Shown here piece after piece: positions 61,537 through 64,000 of a DNA stretch of 64,000 nt. Position numbers and translations under genes: made by a program. This DNA comes from an uncultured Candidatus Saccharibacteria bacterium (GTDB taxonomy: Bacteria; Patescibacteriota; Dojkabacteria; J137): positions 73,991 to 137,990 of the forward strand of contig CAZSKK010000002.1 in NCBI GenBank assembly GCA_964607415.1, read 5' to 3'. The first letter of the stretch is position 1. Each line of letters opens with the position of its first letter. The notes beneath the pieces were generated by a model. The model ran no database searches and was not told the origin of the DNA. It worked only from the letters and a program-made list of their open reading frames with translations.

Positions 61537-61854
61537 TCACAATATCATTCTTGCCACCTGCACCAACGGCAGAAATGGCAACACAATTAAAATTAATAAC
61601 GCCAAGAAATAAGGCATAATCATTATTACTGAAAACAAAGTACCAAATCCAATCCACCAAAATCTAATAAATACACCAATGAATTTACCAGCGCCTGTGT
61701 TATCTCCAAACATTGGTACAAACAAATTTTTAGCCATGGGTAGTGTATTTGTAAGGTTTAGTAAAAACACAAACCTGTACAAAGTGAGCCTAAAAAAGCT
61801 CCTAACTTTAACAAGATAGTACCAGTAGAAGAAGTTTATAAAGTATTCATTCAT
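61537..61854 (-). CDS. Small polytopic membrane protein
   Basis: 105 aa, 3 hydrophobic helices. A hairpin repeat element lies immediately upstream. Confidence 0.35.
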   Translation of the reverse strand: MNEYFINFFYWYYLVKVRSFFRLTLYRFVFLLNLTNTLPMAKNLFVPMFGDNTGAGKFIGVFIRFWWIGFGTLFSVIMIMPYFLALLILIVLPFLPLVQVARMIL

Positions 61855-61873
61855 ATATTAAGCATATTCTACT

Positions 61874-62254
61874 TACTTCTCCTTAAGGAGAAGTCGATTT
61901 TGCCTTTGTGCAAAATCGGATGAGGTTTTTAAATTAACTCTTAAAGATATTGTATATGAAGTAGCGAAAGAGGAAAAGAGCAAATTAGGTACAAGATTTA
62001 GAGGTAAAGAGCAAAAGAGCTAAACAGGTTAGAGGTATGAGGTTAGTGGTTAGAGGAATAGAGCAAGAGAGGCTTGAGGTAAAGGGCGAAAGAGGTAGAG
62101 AGGTGAAAAGGTTTAGAGCAATAGAGAGCAAATGGTTGGATTTCCTCTCCCTCTGGGAGAGGACTTAGGTGAGGGTGTGATCAGAAAGCTTTAGGCTCAC
62201 CTCACCCGTACTCACTGCGTTCGTACGACCTCTCCTCAAAAGGAGAGGAAATTA
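61874..62254. repeat. Second locus of the multi-hairpin element family, split by a ~210-bp GAGG-rich degenerate tandem-repeat tract
   Basis: 61874-61930 reads cttctcc-ttaag-gagaag / tcgattttgc-N-gcaaaatcga / tgagg. 62141-62254 reads cctctcc-ctctgg-gagagg ... ggtgagg...cctcacc ... cctctcc-tcaaaa-ggagagg-aaatta. Compare 35298-35392. The intervening 61931-62140 holds about 15 GAGG/AGAGG motifs. Confidence 0.55.
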
Positions 62255-62405
62255 AAAACGAAATTTTACTTTTGTTCTAGCTATGTGCTATGCGCTATAT
62301 GCTTACCTTAACTCGTTTCTTAAATTTGGAATTTTGGAATTTGGAGTTTATTTTGATCTTTGAAGCTTTGATCTTGTACTTCGCCAAACGTCATACTTCC
62401 TACGT

Positions 62406-63923
62406 CTAACGCTGAACCAGGTTTCCATTTCTATCATAACTCTGCCCTGCCCATTTGCTGAGTTTATCTTCCACAACAAGCCTTGGCTGGGCGTAAGTTT
62501 TTCGGGACATATCTTTTATTTGATTTTTAAGGCCAAAATTTTCAAACTTTGCTGGCAGCGAAATTGCAGTAAACGGTTTGGTTTGTGTTCCGTCAATAGT
62601 CATTTTTAGAACAATTCTAAATCGCTCAAGGTTTACCAAATCTTCTCCTGTTAAATAAGGTGAATACTCTTTTTCCAATCGATTTGCGTCTTTTGGTCCA
62701 ACAACAAAGTTAATCATTGTTCCAACATTTCCAAAGATTGCATCTTGAATATTTCTATCAAGTTGATCAATATATTGATGTGCTACAACTAAATTTAGAC
62801 CATATTTTCTGGCTTCAGATAGGATTTTTACAAAAGTTTCTGTAGAAAAGTTTTGAAATTCATCAACGTATAAATAAAAATCTCGTCTTTCATTTTCAGG
62901 CATTTTGGCCCGCTGCATTGCATTTGTGTAAAGCCTTGTAATTAACATTCCACCTAAAAGCATGCTATTCTCCTCTCCAATTTTTCCTTGAGATAGATTA
63001 ATCAAAATGATTTTTCCTGAGTTCATTGCTTCCTGCAAATCAACAGTAGATTTAACTTGGCCAATCATATTTCTAATCATTGAAGAGCTTAAAAATCTTC
63101 CCACTTTATTTTGAATTGGCGATAGTGTATCCGAAAGCAATTTTTGATTTTTCGCCATTTCGGCAAATTCAACATTCCAGAATTTTAGTAAAAACGGATC
63201 TTTTACTTGTTTTAATAAAAATCTTCTATAATTCTCGTCAGTTAAAATCCTTTGCACAGCAACTAAAGAAACATTTTGGCAATTTAGCAAAGTTAAAATT
63301 GTTGTAGTTAAAATATATTGAAGCCTTGGTCCCCACGATTCGCCAAAAAGCCTTTTGAAAGCTGTAACAATTCCATCTGCCAGAAGTTCCTTTGACTCAC
63401 CTTCTTTTAAGTCCAGCATGTTTAGTGCTACAGGAAAGTCGGTATCCGATGGATCAATATAAATTACGTCTTTCATTCTGTGTTCTGGAATATAGTTTAG
63501 AAGTTCTTCAACCGCATCCCCATGTGGATCAATAAATGCAAGTCCTTCACCGCTCAAAATATCACCGTAAATCATATTTTTTAACATTACAGATTTTCCA
63601 GCTCCTGTTTTTCCAACAACATACATATGCCTTCGTCTATCTTCTTTTTTAATTCCAAAAGGTGTATGTATGCTTCTAAAATCGGTTACGGCAAAAAGTC
63701 TTGCGTTTTCAGTTGGTAGGTCCAAAGGCATCTCAAGCTTACGGGAGTTTGCCCAATTGATTTTTGGCGTTTGTACAGATTCGTTTGGAAGGTGATAAAT
63801 TGATGCAACTTCTTCAATATTTAAAATTCCTGTTTCAAATTCGTTTAAAAATCTTTCGGAAAATTTGTGCTTTAAATCTAGTTTTTGATTTTGCCTTTGA
63901 CCTTTAATGCTATCTTTAATCAT
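62406..63923 (-). CDS. Second, soluble FtsK/HerA-superfamily type-IV-secretion-type ATPase, paralogous to the C-terminal half of the 44651..47092 protein
   Basis: 505 aa. Walker A VVGKTGAGKSV followed by IDPHGDAV, ...YIDPSD...ALNML..., Walker B FYLYVDEFQNF, and ...EARKYGLNLVVAHQYIDQL...AIFGNVGTMINFVVGP.... Confidence 0.6.
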   Translation of the reverse strand: MIKDSIKGQRQNQKLDLKHKFSERFLNEFETGILNIEEVASIYHLPNESVQTPKINWANSRKLEMPLDLPTENARLFAVTDFRSIHTPFGIKKEDRRRHMYVVGKTGAGKSVMLKNMIYGDILSGEGLAFIDPHGDAVEELLNYIPEHRMKDVIYIDPSDTDFPVALNMLDLKEGESKELLADGIVTAFKRLFGESWGPRLQYILTTTILTLLNCQNVSLVAVQRILTDENYRRFLLKQVKDPFLLKFWNVEFAEMAKNQKLLSDTLSPIQNKVGRFLSSSMIRNMIGQVKSTVDLQEAMNSGKIILINLSQGKIGEENSMLLGGMLITRLYTNAMQRAKMPENERRDFYLYVDEFQNFSTETFVKILSEARKYGLNLVVAHQYIDQLDRNIQDAIFGNVGTMINFVVGPKDANRLEKEYSPYLTGEDLVNLERFRIVLKMTIDGTQTKPFTAISLPAKFENFGLKNQIKDMSRKTYAQPRLVVEDKLSKWAGQSYDRNGNLVQR

Positions 63924-64000
63924 ATTTGATTTTAACTTTGTACTTCTTTGCGAAAACGAATTTAGTTCAACCGCATCAAACTGTTTTAAAGACGCCAGGC

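Noticed and set aside
61931-62140. A protein-coding gene in the GAGG-rich tract.
   Set aside because: There is no open frame of meaningful length on either strand, and the composition is repetitive and purine-biased.

Overview
This is an AT-rich, gene-dense bacterial chromosomal window. Small proteins, weak Shine-Dalgarno usage, a split comEC and an rplKAJL cluster not followed by rpoBC together suggest a reduced-genome, CPR/Patescibacteria-like organism; this is an inference and the standard genetic code appears to be in use. Reading left to right, the window contains: topA (partial), dprA, mrdA and mreB on the minus strand; a Thr(TGT)-Tyr-Thr(GGT) tRNA cluster; rpmB, a TrmH-family methyltransferase, cyclophilin, comEA and a two-ORF comEC; rpmG, tRNA-Trp, secE, nusG, rplK, rplA, rplJ and rplL with a strong terminator; a three-gene module (7TM protein, ATP-grasp fused to a retropepsin-like DTGA protease, RimK-like ligase) sitting where rpoBC would normally follow; a second MreB paralogue and a PEGA/beta-propeller protein; ndk; tRNA-Arg with tRNA-fragment/hairpin repeat modules; a LysM-M23 peptidase, rho, a ClpC-like Hsp100, rpsA; a complete minus-strand rRNA operon (16S, tRNA-Ile, tRNA-Ala, 23S, 5S); polA, a sigma-70-like protein and ftsH; a tRNA-Met(CAT)/tRNA-fMet/tyrosine-recombinase/tRNA-Ile(TAT) locus littered with partial tRNA copies; and, from about 44.6 kb to the window end, a minus-strand cluster that looks like a divergent type-IV-secretion/conjugative-pilus-like apparatus. 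That cluster has two FtsK/HerA-superfamily (VirD4/VirB4-like) ATPases, five tandem VirB2/TrbC-like pilin paralogues, a membrane-anchored double-AAA+ Clp/Hsp100-like ATPase, a coiled-coil SpoIID/LytB-domain wall-remodelling protein and several membrane proteins, with smpB embedded. Several short repeat families recur: palindromic hairpins beside tRNAs, a multi-hairpin 'cctctcc...ggagagg' element, heptad 'AGCnAAT' arrays, and a GAGG-rich tract. Coordinates of RNA genes and repeats were placed by eye and may be off by 1-3 nt.
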